The notes under the pieces are model-generated. The model was not told the origin of the DNA. It worked only from the letters and a program-made list of their open reading frames with translations, and ran no database searches. A program made the position numbers and the translations under genes. DNA of 64,000 nucleotides, from the NCBI GenBank assembly GCA_030390025.1, contig CM059430.1, positions 62,496,001-62,560,000 of the forward strand. The letters run 5' to 3'. Below are positions 50,183-61,600 of the stretch, in pieces (the first letter of the stretch is position 1; each line of letters opens with the position of its first letter). The DNA comes from Squalus acanthias. Its lineage: Eukaryota.

Positions 50183-50868
50183 GTAAGATCAACTGTAAGC
50201 CCTTTATTTTATTACAAACCCTCCGGGTTAGTGACAGTCTCCGGTAACATTGGGGAAGCAGAACTCGATTAGGACTTAAAGATGAAAACAGTGTTATCTG
50301 TTTCAGGAGCACGGATTGTTCCAAATACATTTTAAAACACTGAATTGCTCAAAGAATCGTAATAAAAATTGAAATAATTATTTGGATGTTTGCAACAGAA
50401 GTGCCCCCTTTGCAGCATAATAAATGACATGTACCCTGACACACAATCACTTTCCAACTCATTCTGTTACGGATGCGCAACTAGTTTGAGTGAAAGCGTG
50501 TGAGGATCCGGCCGGGGATTGGTTGTATACATAAGAACATAATAAATAGGAGCAGTGTTAGGCCGTACTGCCCTTGAGCCTGCTCCGCCATGCTAATCCT
50601 CTACCGCAACACCATTTTCCCGCCCTATCCCCATATCGCCTGATCCCCTTAATGCCCACAAAGATTCCCTTAGTTTCCGAGAAATTTCAAAAAAATCCAC
50701 CATTGCTGATCGCTACAAGTGCTGGGATTTCAAACACTATCGGCACAATCCGGAATTGGAAATCATGTTCGGCTTTGGCTGACTCTAGAAATGTATTTGC
50801 AATCACTGACATTGAAACTGAGTAAATGTTGCAATCTTTCAATATCATTAAATTTCATTCGTTTCCAG

Positions 50869-50912
50869 GTACAGGAGAATGTGTAAGGGGACCGAACCGC
50901 CGTCAAGAGCTG
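50869..50912 (+). CDS. Gene B exon 5, short cytoplasmic exon
   Basis: tttccag|GTGECVRGPNRRQEL|gtacgt, 44 nt. Confidence 0.8.
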
Positions 50913-51164
50913 GTACGTCCATTCATCCATCCCGGTCGACGGTTGAAATGTCAAGAAAGATTGCTATAATGGAAAGATTATATCATAGTCACGTCAGAAC
51001 AGTTTACGTCTACTGACTTAAAGTATTTGTCCGGTCTTAGTGAGTCATTCAAATCATGGTTAGAAATATACTTGGCACCCGGAGCGTTACTGAAAAAATT
51101 GTTCAATGGGAGAGAAGAAACTGTTTGTTTCGTTGAAAAAGTTCCTGGGTAATAACTGCTTGTA

Positions 51165-52374
51165 GAATCATAAGAACATAAGAAATGGGGGCAGGAGTAG
51201 TCCATTCGGCCCTCCGAGCCTGCTCCGCTATTGAATAGGATTATGGCTGATCTTTTACTTCGAATCCACGTTCCCGCACTGTCCCTATTTCCCTTGGTTC
51301 CCTCAGTATCCAAAAGTCTATCCATGTCTGTCTGCAATATTCTCACCGACTGAGCATTCACAGCCATTTGGGATGTATAATTCCAAAGATTCACAACACT
51401 TTGAGTGAAGAAATTTCTCCTCATCTCAGTCCTAAATGACCGAACCCTTATTCTGAGACTTTGAACCCTAGCTCTAGACTCCCCAGCCGGGGGAAACAGC
51501 CTCCCAGCATCTACCCTGCCAATCCACTTCAAAATTTTAGACATTTCAATGAGATCACCTCTCCTTCTTCTAAACTGTAGCGAATAAAGGTCTAGTCTAC
51601 TAAATCTCTCCTCCTAGGACAAACCCCCATCCGAGGAATTAGCCTAGTGAACCTTCGTTACACTCCCTCTAAGGCAAATATATCCTTCCTCAGAAAAGGA
51701 ATACTCCAGGTGTGGTCTCACCAAGATCATACATAACTACAGTAAGACTTCTTTCCTCTTATACACCAATCCTTTCGTAATTAAGTCTAATATACCATTT
51801 GTTTTCCTAATTGCTTGCTATACCTGCATGTTGACTTTCTATGATTCGTGTATAAGGAGACCCTGCTCCCTCCGAACACCAACATTTTCCAATCTCTCAC
51901 TATTTAAAAAATATTCTGCTTTTCTATTTTTCCTACCAAAGTTGATAACTTCACATTTCTGCACGTTATATTCCATCTGCCATGTACTTGCCCACTCACT
52001 TAACCTGCCTACATCCCCATGTAGCCTCTTTGCGTCCTCCTCACAACATACTATCCCATGGAGATTTGTATCATAAGCAAACTTGAATAACTTACACTTG
52101 GTTCCCTTATCTAGGTCATTGATATAGATTGAAAATAGCTGAGGCCCAAACAATGATCCCTGAGATACCCCACCAGTTATAGCCTGCCACCCGAAAATTA
52201 CCCATTTATTCCTATTTTCTGTTTTCTGTCCGTTAACCAATCCTCAATCCACGCTAATATTTTACCTCCAATCCCATGAGCCCTAATTTTATGTAATATC
52301 GTCTTGTGTGGCACATTATCGAATTTTTTTTGTAAATTCAAATGCACTACATCCACCGCTTCCCCCTTATCTAC
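51165..52374 (-). mobile_element. CR1 3' half, cut by the ERV LTR
   Basis: RT and C-terminal motifs; it ends abruptly at the LTR TGTAAG at 52375. Confidence 0.9.
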
Positions 52375-52850
52375 TGTAAGATTTGGATCACAGGTCGCAC
52401 ACAGTTTACCCAAAGGGTCTTAGGTGCTGTAATGCATTTTATTAAGGAGTGAGAGTTTAAGTTAAGTACAACACGCAATCAAGATAGACATAGTAGAGAT
52501 ACGACCGTGACAAGCAGTTGGTATTGGTCCCGATCGGACAGACGGCTGGCGTGCGCGAACAGCTCTTCCCTTCCCTTCACCATCTGTGCTAAAAGCTCTT
52601 TAGATATCTCTTTTACTCTATTTGTAGGGGTGGGCCCAGTGTAGATTATTAAAGATACAGTCAACAACCTTTCTAGCACACAAACAGCAGACAGCTAGTC
52701 TAGAAACAAGGTCACCGCCACGGTGCAGAATGCTATAAATTCCACAGGGAACCAAGAACTAAGCAAATTCCGTCTATCCAGTTATTGTAACACCCGTCTG
52801 AAGAGAATTTGTTGTCTCAAGTTATTTTTTCCAATTCATGATTTCTTACA
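52375..52850 (-). mobile_element. 3' LTR of element 2
   Basis: Termini TGTAAGA...TCTTACA, preceded on the minus strand by PPT AAGGTGGGGAGT. Confidence 0.88.
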
Positions 52851-53279
52851 ACTCCCCACCTTGAGAAGGAAATATCCTATTGAGTTCGCACAACCCTCTT
52901 TTGACTAATTTAGCTCCTTCTAAGTTATCGGCCCGCTGATAACATTCGTGCCCAGCGATGCTAGCTGGCATTATAAGTTAGTTGCCACCACTCGTAGTCC
53001 GTAAATTTGCTTATTGCTTTCTCAACTTGGGCAATAGTTATTAGGGAGACTCAGAAATGAAGATTAACCCCTTCCTTACGGTCCATTCTTTTGAGGGGGA
53101 GGAGCAACTTCTGACCCTTCACACAGGTTCAGTTCACTGTTCCGGTGTTCCAATTCTGCCCCGCCTGGGGTATCCTCTTTTTCTTCTATCTTTCCTGATC
53201 TTACCCCGCCTGGGGTGTCCTTTACTTTGCTTCGGATCTTCTCTTTGAGTGTGCTCAATTAATTTCTTCATGCTGGTTA

Positions 53280-54450
53280 GTCATAAGCATGTGTACACAA
53301 TTGGCTGGTGCATCAAAGTCTTACTACACAGGTTACATATATCAAATACACTATCAATACAAGTTGGAGATCTACCAGCGCGTGTGAAATAATACGAACA
53401 TAGGGTGTGCTGATATATTAAGCCCAATATCCCACCAGTGCGAATCTTCCCCTATGTTGTCAATTTCAATATCTATTCTCGAGTTGTCCTGCTCCAAAAC
53501 ATAAAGATGCTTGAGGGAGGAGTTCAGTCACATCACAAGTTCACTGAAGCCGTTAGACAACAGGGGTGTCTTGCCCGAATTATGCAGCTCATACTTAAGT
53601 GTCTCATTTACTGTCAGTTTCAGTTGAGCATAGGTTTTGATACTGAGTAAAACGTGTTGGTTGATGGTTGTGGGTACATGTGGTGTGAAGCAGAAACTGG
53701 GGCTATTAATTGGACAGGTCCTGTTAGACCGATAAAGCATACTAGTTGCGGTAGTAGTGACACAGGAGGCACCACCAAAAGCACCTCATACTGGATTCGT
53801 ACTGGTTTTTCTCACACTCTGTTACCTACAAAACACAATTAGTACAGTCACAGTTAAATTCAGTCTTACAATAATTATAAGCGACACTAAAGTTTAACAT
53901 CGAGTCAACAAACAATGGACTTAAAAGATTCTCCAGATCTCTTTTACCCGTATCCATCTTGTGGATTATTCTTGCTAAGTATGATTTCTCCGTAGCCTCA
54001 ATTGTCCCAATCAAAATTCCGTGCAATTCTCCGCTTCAACTTCAATTTCAATCCCTCTAATAGGTACCAGTGTGTTTAACTCTATTTAGATTGTTTCACT
54101 GCTTAGATACTTTCTCGATGGAGTATGTGTCAGTGCTTTAAACGTTGTCGCACTCTCCTGAGCCACATTAACCATTTCATGTCATGCTGTTGTCAAGTAA
54201 CTGAGCATGTCTGAGACCCGTTCTTCAGTGCGGATTCACCATGCATTTCCGGATGGTAATTGCTTCATACATAACAAATCAATATCATGCCACGTGTGCC
54301 ATCCGATACAAGCCATTCTTGGGCTTTCAGCTGATCTTATCAAAAGATTGTCTGGAGATCTTTGCTCATCTTCCATCGCATGGTATCGGGTAGTGGCCAA
54401 ACTATCAAATTCAGTTTTCTTAAAAAGTTCATTATAGGCAGGGACACAGA
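53280..54450 (-). pseudogene. env remnant of element 2
   Basis: A basic site KLKRR, Cys-rich segments (CKTEFNCDCTNC; SCVTT..CPINSPSFCFTP), and HWWDIG followed by a hydrophobic TM-like stretch. Confidence 0.65.
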
Positions 54451-56074
54451 TGTCTCCAAGAGAAAGCTATCAATTTACTATTCTTAACTATACTTTCCTG
54501 ACTTTCACTGGAAAGTTAGGAAAATTCCCATTTGATAGTGTAATTTTCCTGTTTCAATCTTACATCTTAAGTGGGGCATGCCATTAATAATTATTAATAT
54601 CTCATTCATGAGCCCTGGAGGAATTTTACTGTCCAATACAATATTACGGATAGAAAACATAGATCAAAGTTTCTAGCTGAACGAATTAAAAAAAATCCAA
54701 CTGCCAGCGGAAAGGGTTAACTCCTTTGCAGCTTTTCAGAAGGCGGAGCAAATATTGTCAGACACAGACAATTGTGTCACTTCACGTAAATTTTAAAAAC
54801 TTTCCCGATCGAAAAAGACAGTTGGGTTTTCACAATTTAATAGGTTAGTTAACTTTAATAATCCCAATTTAATTTTATTAACTAAACACTATACAGAAAA
54901 GATAATATAAATCAAATTAAAACACAGTAAGTTACATAATATTTCTCTTTGTTCTTTCTTCAGATGCCTTTTCAAATGACAGTAAAAATATTGAATACAA
55001 CTGGAGAAAAATTAGTTTTCACACTTAAATTAAACAAATCAAACTGCTTTGGAAAGTTCACGACAGCAACCGCAACTCCAAGGTTAAATCTTAGTCTGAA
55101 ACTTAATCATTTGTTGAACAAACTTTTTGTTTTTCTCAGGTTTTCCACACCAGCTTAACTTAAATTTTAGTTCAAAGTTTTATTTTTCAATTCTGGGTGC
55201 ACAATCTTATTCGCACATTCTTAAAACTTCCAAAATTCAAGACAAGACTACAACGTGTTAAATGGCTTTTAGCACATAGAAGTGGGTGGAGATAAAACAC
55301 ACATAACAGACACTTTCTTTTAAAGACAGACCTTCAGACGAAAGGAATACTGTTACTTCCCAAACACTCACAGATGCTTTGCAAAAGGATATCAAAGTTC
55401 ACACTGAAAACAAATAAAAACCAATAGAACAGCAGAAAAGAAATATGATCTCCCCTTTTCTCTTTTATTCCATCCTAATTATTTTATCCTTTCACCCATA
55501 AACCAACTTTCAGTTTCTAATGTTTTCTACTGCATCTCATTCTTAACTGATTACTGCCACTGGGAATCTGGGAGAGTAGGGTGGGTGTCTCCAGAACCAT
55601 CGGGGTACACACGGGGGTGACTGAATTGAGTTTGTGATAGTCAATAGTCATCCGATAATCACCCGGTTCTCTAACCGACCAAACTAGGGAGCTGGTCGTG
55701 AAAGTGCCTTTGCAAACAACACCCTGCTTTAGCTCCAAGGGAAGGGATCCTTGTATAGTTGTCTGGATTGAATTGTCAAAGTCCTATAAAACTTGGGGCT
55801 CACCCTTTTTAGGATCGGGGTGGGGATCGTGAATGATGGTGGTGGAGCAACCGGAGTTGAATCACAATAATTGTTGACGGGATCCAGAATCAACAGTTGG
55901 GACTACCGGTCTCCCACCACCATTATATCGGAGAGGGGAAATCATCTCTCCCTGAGAGACCTGCAGGAGTCATAGGGGAGGTGGAAGGTCTGCTGTTTGC
56001 TCTGGTTGTTGATGCAACGCGACAACCTGTCGGGCTCCCTGGCCGTTGGTCAAAGCTGCTTCCATTCTTTCCAG

Positions 56075-57637
56075 TCATCGTTCTAGTGAGTCGAGGCCTG
56101 CCTGTCTGGGGGGGTTGTGACCATTGTTGCATTGACGGGCATAGTGGCCTAGACGTTGGCAGAGATTGCAGCACACTGAAGTACGTTTCCCTGGATTTCT
56201 AGATGGCCCTGACTTTTGCTTAGGCAGCGAGCCTTCAACAGCCACTACGGCAAACTTGGCAGGTATCACAGGGATATTGGCACGGGTCTGATCCCAAGCA
56301 GTCCTGACACGGGCGAGTATTTGGTCCCACTCGATGTTTTTAGAGACATAAATGCGCAGCGCATTACGGACCAGCGGTTGGAGGTCGTTCAAAAAAAGGG
56401 TTCTGAAGCCCGAGTCGTTGAAGTAATTCCTTCCACCCCACCTGTTGCACTGTAAGATGCCATGAAGTTTATGCACAAAGGCATTCGGGCTTTCGGTAGG
56501 GCCCTCTTTAGTGCAAGCTAGATGCTGGTGAAAATCAATGCTCTCTTCCCCTAGAGTTTGGCATAGTTCTAACTCAATCTCATCTATTGTGCTCCACCCC
56601 CACCCCACTCAGGATATCCAGGTCCATTTCTTGTTTTAATCCAGAGGAACATGCTTCCAGGGGTGCCTCTTTGAGGCCGTCCCCTTCTAGTTCTGGTTGG
56701 TTGATTATAAAAATCCTCCAGCATTGCCTGACGTCGAGGGAGCTGATGTCCATGTCCACCACCCCCAGGTTAGCCTTTAGCTGCACCACTTCAACCGCGG
56801 AAAGGGACGGATGTGTGGTTGTGGTAATGGTTTCTGCCTCTCTACTAATGGTGATCGAGGAGGTTGCCTCGCCTTTCAGGTCTCGGTCAGCCTGGCGCCT
56901 GGTCTCGCATGGTGCCTTAGCTCGGGTGACCACACATACTGGTATGCTCCCCCCCGCCTCGCCATCCTTGTATCGTGGTGGCGGAGCTAAGGGAACAGAG
57001 GGAGCAGAGGGAGTACTGTCCCCAATTATGTTGTCACAGCAAAGGCCAGGATCTTTTGGGTTTGTCTTGAAGACAGCAGCCATTACTGCCCGTTGTTGAC
57101 CAATTTTTGCCTGCAGCTGTTGGATTTTTTCAAAGCACGGGCCATGGTCTGCTTGGGGGGAGGCAGTGGATTGGCGCCAGTTTAATTCCCTTAACGCTCC
57201 ACTTGCATACTCTAGCTCCACACTCAATCTGGTGTTTTCTGCCTGTAGTTCAATATTCTGCTCAAGTATTTGAGCTAGTTTCTTTTATGTACATGACATT
57301 TTGTCATGAATCTTTTGCTCCCAGCGCGACTGGTTGCGGAGGGCAGAAAGCTTCTCACGCCAATCACTTCTTTCTCTCTGCATTTGGCCGACTTAACCTT
57401 TTAACTCTTTAATCTCGCTGTTTAACTTGGCAGCGCACAAGTGTGCCCCGTAGGCTAACCTGTCACGGCCTCTCTTATTTTAAGTTTGTTTTTCTGAACA
57501 ACCTCAGAGAGTTTATCAAGGATGTAGTCATAGTCCCCGTTACCATCTTCTAAGATTTTTAGGAGGTTCGCTGCTGTGGCGGTGCCGACTTTTTCTGTCA
57601 GGCTGTTCCCGATGGTATGCCAACGCCATTGTACCAC
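56075..57637 (-). pseudogene. gag remnant of element 2
   Basis: ORFs 57455..57637, 56580..57227 and 56075..56608 carry a PSAP/PPRY proline-rich segment, an MHR-like segment and a CCHC knuckle. Confidence 0.8.
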
Positions 57638-57775
57638 TGGTTTTAACTTTACCCAACTCTCTCCCTATCCCTTATTTCAGGGAATTCTTCTACTTCGTCT
57701 CAAGTGATGATCACGTGCGGTCGACCAAGTCCCTCTGGTCTCTACAACCAGAACATTACAACTCCCAACTCTCTG

Positions 57776-57793
57776 ATTCCACTTCTGACACCA
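57776..57793 (-). promoter_or_regulatory. Primer binding site, tRNA-Leu
   Basis: TGGTGTCAGAAGTGGAAT lies next to the LTR end and is 1 mismatch from the complement of the tRNA-Leu(CAA) 3' end. Confidence 0.85.
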
Positions 57794-57794
57794 T

Positions 57795-58150
57795 TGTAAC
57801 ATTTGGATCACAGGACAGGAACAGATTACCAAAGGGTCTTAGGAGTTGTAAGGCATTTTATTAAGAAGCGGCAGTTTAAGTTAAGTACAACACGCAATCA
57901 AGATTGACATAGTAGACATACGATCGTGACAAGCAGCTGGTATCGGTCCCGATCAGTCAGACTGCTGGCGTGTGCGAACAGCTCTTCCCTTCCCTTCATC
58001 GTCTGTGCTAAACGCTCTTTAAATATCTCTTTTACTTTCGTTTTAGGGGTGGGCACAGGGTAGATTATCAAAGATACAATCAAGAACCTTTCAAGCACAC
58101 ATACAGCAGACAGCTAGTCTGGAAACAAGGTCACCGCCATGGTGCAGAAT
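57795..58150 (-). mobile_element. 5' LTR of element 2 (U3 end deleted)
   Basis: It matches 52375-52730 colinearly. Confidence 0.88.
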
Positions 58151-58154
58151 TTTA

Positions 58155-58243
58155 TATCGAAGACTTTTTTGTGTTTCCTTCGGATGTCTGCATTGAGCAG
58201 CAGTCCAGAGAACTTGCAAAGCTAAAAATTAGCAATATTCCCA
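58155..58243 (+). repeat. Remnant of a second cytoplasmic-exon module (intron 6 fragment) in gene B
   Basis: GAGCAGCAGTCCAGAGAACTTGCAAA is shared with 60231-60256. Confidence 0.75.
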
Positions 58244-59330
58244 TGCGCCTGCTGCCCTTATCCTTCTCGGTGGAAGAGGTCGCGAGATTGGGAGGTGCTG
58301 TCGAACAAGCCTTGGCGAGTTGCTGCAGTGCATCTTGTAGAAGGTACAGACTGCAGCCACGGTACGCCGGTGGTGGAGGGAGTGAATGTTTAAGGTGGTG
58401 GATAGGGTGTCAATCAAGCGGGCTGATTTGTCCTGGATGGTGTCGAGCTTCTTGAGTCTCGTTGGAGCTGCACTCATCCAGGCAAGTGGAAAGTAATCCA
58501 TCACACTCCTTACTTGTGCTTTGTAGATGGTGGAAAGGCTTTGGGGAGTCAGGAGGTGAGACACTCGCCGCAGAATACCTACCCTCTGACTTACTCTTGT
58601 TGCCACAGTATTTATGTGGCTTGTCCAGTTAAGTTTCTGGACAATAGTGACCCACAGGATGTTGATGGTGGGGGCTTCGGCGATGGTAATGCCGTTGAAT
58701 ATCAAGGGGCGCTGGGTAGACTCTCGCTTTTTGGAGATAGTCATTGCCTGGCACTTATGTGTCGTGAATATTACCTGCCACTTATAAGCCCAAGCCTGGA
58801 CGGCCTCCAGGTCTTGTTGCATGCGGGCATGGACTGCTTCATTATCTGAGGAATTGTGAATGGCACTGAACACTGTGCAGTCATCAGCGAACATCCCCAT
58901 TTCTGACCTTATGATGGAGGGAAGTTCATTGATGAAGCAGCTGAAGATGGTTCGGCCTAAGGACACTGCCTTGAGGAACTCCTTCAGTAATGTCCTGGGG
59001 CTGGGATGTTTGACCCCAACCACCACAACCATCTTCCTTTGTGCTAGGTATGACTCCAGCCAGTGGAGAGGTTTCCCCCCGATTCCCATTGACTTCAGTT
59101 TTACTAGGGCTCCTTGATGCCACACTGGGTCATCAGCTGAATTGATATCAAAGGCAGTCACTTGCACCTCACCTCGGGAATTCAGCTCCATTGTCCATGT
59201 TTGGACCAAGGCTGTAATGAGGTCTGGAGCCGAGTGGTCCTGGTGAAACCCAAACTGACCATCAGTGAGCAGGTCATTGGTGAGTAAGTGCTGCTTGATA
59301 GCACTGTCGATGACACCTTCCACAACTTTC
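58243..59330 (-). mobile_element. LINE RT fragment (second family)
   Basis: ORF 58229..59323 contains FADDC and KAQVRSVMDY. Confidence 0.92.
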
Positions 59331-59339
59331 AGAAGTACG

Positions 59340-59715
59340 ATTTATTTACTAATGCTAATTTCTTTAAGGTCCTCATTCTATCTAGAACCTTGGTTCCCCA
59401 CTATTTTGTCTTGTTCCGTAAAGACAGATAAAGAATATTTGTTTAGTATCTGCTAATTTCTCTATTTTCCTGACTGAAACTGTGCCCGACACTACAACTA
59501 CTGTTAGGGGCCGGTACACTACTCCCACCAATGTTTTCTTTCCCTTGTTGTTTCAAAGCTCCAACAAAGTGATTCTACATCTTGATTTTCCGAGCTAAGA
59601 CCCTTTCTCTCTATTGTCTTTATCCCATCCTTTATTATCAGGGCTTCCGGCCCTCCTTTTCCATTTTGCCTACCTCTTCTAAAAGTTAAGTACCCTGCCA
59701 TATTTAGTTCTTGGT
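59340..59715 (-). mobile_element. CR1 fragment, inverted counterpart of part of 1370-3250
   Basis: It matches the reverse complement of ~1370-1600 joined to ~3150-3270. Confidence 0.75.
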
Positions 59716-59985
59716 TTTGGAAAAAAACGTTATGTTCTAAAGCTGCCGCTGATTTAAACAGTTCTGTAACACTGTGTTGCAGGGTGAACATTAACAGGTT
59801 TGAATATAAGTTACATGGCCCACAGTACCTTAACATTCGCACTTATCTAAATATGTATGAACTGTGGTTTATGCACTTGATCTTTAGCCTCGGTCAATCC
59901 GTTAAATGTTTGCTCAGCGGTACGTAAACTGGTGAAGGCAATGAACTAGCCACATAACCAAACTCTTTCTTTCTGACCCATGCAG

Positions 59986-60087
59986 GAAGCAGCGGCTGAG
60001 ACCGTGCATTATGCTGCATTAGATTTAAACAGAAGCCGGAAAACTCCAAGACGTGAAATTGAAGCGGAGAGAACCGTTTACGCTCAC
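59986..60087 (+). CDS. Gene B exon 6, ITIM exon with mutated donor
   Basis: catgcag|EAAAETVHYAALDLNRSRKTPRREIEAERTVYAH|ggagga, where GT is lost. Read-through stops at TAA 60130-60132. Confidence 0.82.
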
Positions 60088-60295
60088 GGAGGATTGAGTA
60101 ACAGATCAGAGAAACATCGATCGTCAGTGTAACATCAACATTCATGCGATAGCCGGGGGCATGTGTTTGCCCTGACTTTGACCGTGTGTTGTATCGAAGA
60201 GTATTTGTGCGTCCTTCTAATGCCTGCTTTGAGCAGCAGTCCAGAGAACTTGCAAAACGACCAATTAACAATATTTCCAAACGTTGGCTTCACAG

Positions 60296-60469
60296 ACCGA
60301 ACAAGGGACAGCCCGTGACAAACTGACGTACGCAGCTATAGCATTGACTGGCTCAGAGAAAACGGGGAAATATAAAAATAATGAACGAAGCTCAGAGTAT
60401 GCACAGCTGAAGACCAAAAAACAAAAAGGAGTAAAAGCGGCTGTCTACACAGAAGCAAGAATCAATTAG
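60296..60469 (+). CDS. Gene B terminal exon 7, ITIM plus ITSM-like motif
   Basis: tcacag|TEQGTARDKLTYAAIALTGSEKTGKYKNNERSSEYAQLKTKKQKGVKAAVYTEARIN*. Confidence 0.87.
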   Translation, partial: TEQGTARDKLTYAAIALTGSEKTGKYKNNERSSEYAQLKTKKQKGVKAAVYTEARIN

Positions 60470-61600
60470 TAATACATTTTAGCTGCAGAAGTCACTTTTT
60501 TGGTGTTTACTGATCGCTGCCATATCAACTCCACGCGTATGTCTACCATGCGATCCCATCCCTTTGAGAGGGAACGCTAGTGATATATCAGAGAATGCCG
60601 TTTATAGTTATTACTTACTCTTCAATTATTTGATGTATTTTATTTCAGCCACTTTTAAGAACAAAGTAACTTTCCTGACATACTTTAATGTTAAATTTGG
60701 ATTATTTACCTGCTTGCAAATATCTACGCTTTCGATTAAAATAATACGCTAATAGCCTCGCTTTATACAATTATCATCATATATGAATTCAATGAAAATA
60801 GATTATATACGGTCTCTTACAATTCAACTATTCGTGTTCTATTTAGCGAGTTAAACTAAAAGAAAACCTGTGAGCTGATTTACGTGTGGCGTCACTGCAC
60901 TCTGGCTTCCAGTTCAGGTGACGCTCCTGATGTGAAACGGCTAAAGCTCCAGTCGAGGGACTTGTCCATCAACCTACGGAAAGTAGCTGCCAGTTGTTTT
61001 AGGTTCTGCAAACATCGGTTTATCCATGTGCAACGTAGAATCATAGAATCTTACAGCACAGAGGAAGGCCATGCTGCCCATTGTGCCCATGCCGCCACTT
61101 TGAAAGATTAGTCCCAATTAGTCCCACTCTCGCGATCCTTCTGCAAAGTCCTGCAATTTTCTCCTTTTCAAGTAAATATCAAATTCCGTTTTGAAGGTTC
61201 CCATGTATTCTGCTTGCAGGACTCACTATCTAAAGGTGTCAATTTGTCATTTAAAAAATTCATGCAAACGATATCTGCTGCATTTCCTTGATCTATTCTA
61301 ACTGCTGTTTCTCAAAGAATTCTGGAAGGGACGTCAAGCACGAATTGCCTTTTCGAAATCCGTGCTGATTTGCCTTAATTAGCTCAAGTTTCTACAAGAA
61401 CTTCGCAGTTTTATCCCGAATGACAGGGGCCGAAAAATTGAATTAATTTTGCAACTGTTTACCTCTCATTATGTTTCAGTTCACGTCAAATTCCATTTTC
61501 TCACCTAATAACAATCCGTTGCTTCGAAATGAAGATAAAGTGGTGTAGATTATTTTGACAATTAATTACCCAAAACAGTGGTACATCTATGTACATGCAT

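Larger units (their letters stand above)
52375..58150 (-). mobile_element. ERV-like element 2 (class III/spuma-like RT), LTR-gag-pro-RT(part)-env-LTR, degraded
   Basis: Paired LTRs; tRNA-Leu PBS; gag with CCHC knuckle CNLCQRLGHYARQC; protease remnant NSGCSTTII; RT SSLVWSVREPGDYRMTIDYHKLNSVTP; env remnant; PPT. Confidence 0.88.
47012..60469 (+). pseudogene. Gene B: SIRP-alpha-like VJ-C1-TM-ITIM receptor, partly disrupted (whole locus)
   Basis: Exons: leader 47012-47072, V 47228-47548, C1 48036-48346 (broken), TM 50069-50182, cyt1 50869-50912, cyt2 59986-60087 (donor GT>GG), cyt3 60296-60469. It is an inverted paralog of gene A. Confidence 0.88.

Noticed and set aside
52479-52679. Paired similar ORFs here and at 57898-58098
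   Set aside because: Both lie within the LTRs, so the similarity reflects LTR duplication and there is no evidence of coding.
58229-59323. Intact 364-aa reverse transcriptase gene
   Set aside because: It is a 5'-truncated LINE fragment with a locally frameshifted PQG motif region.
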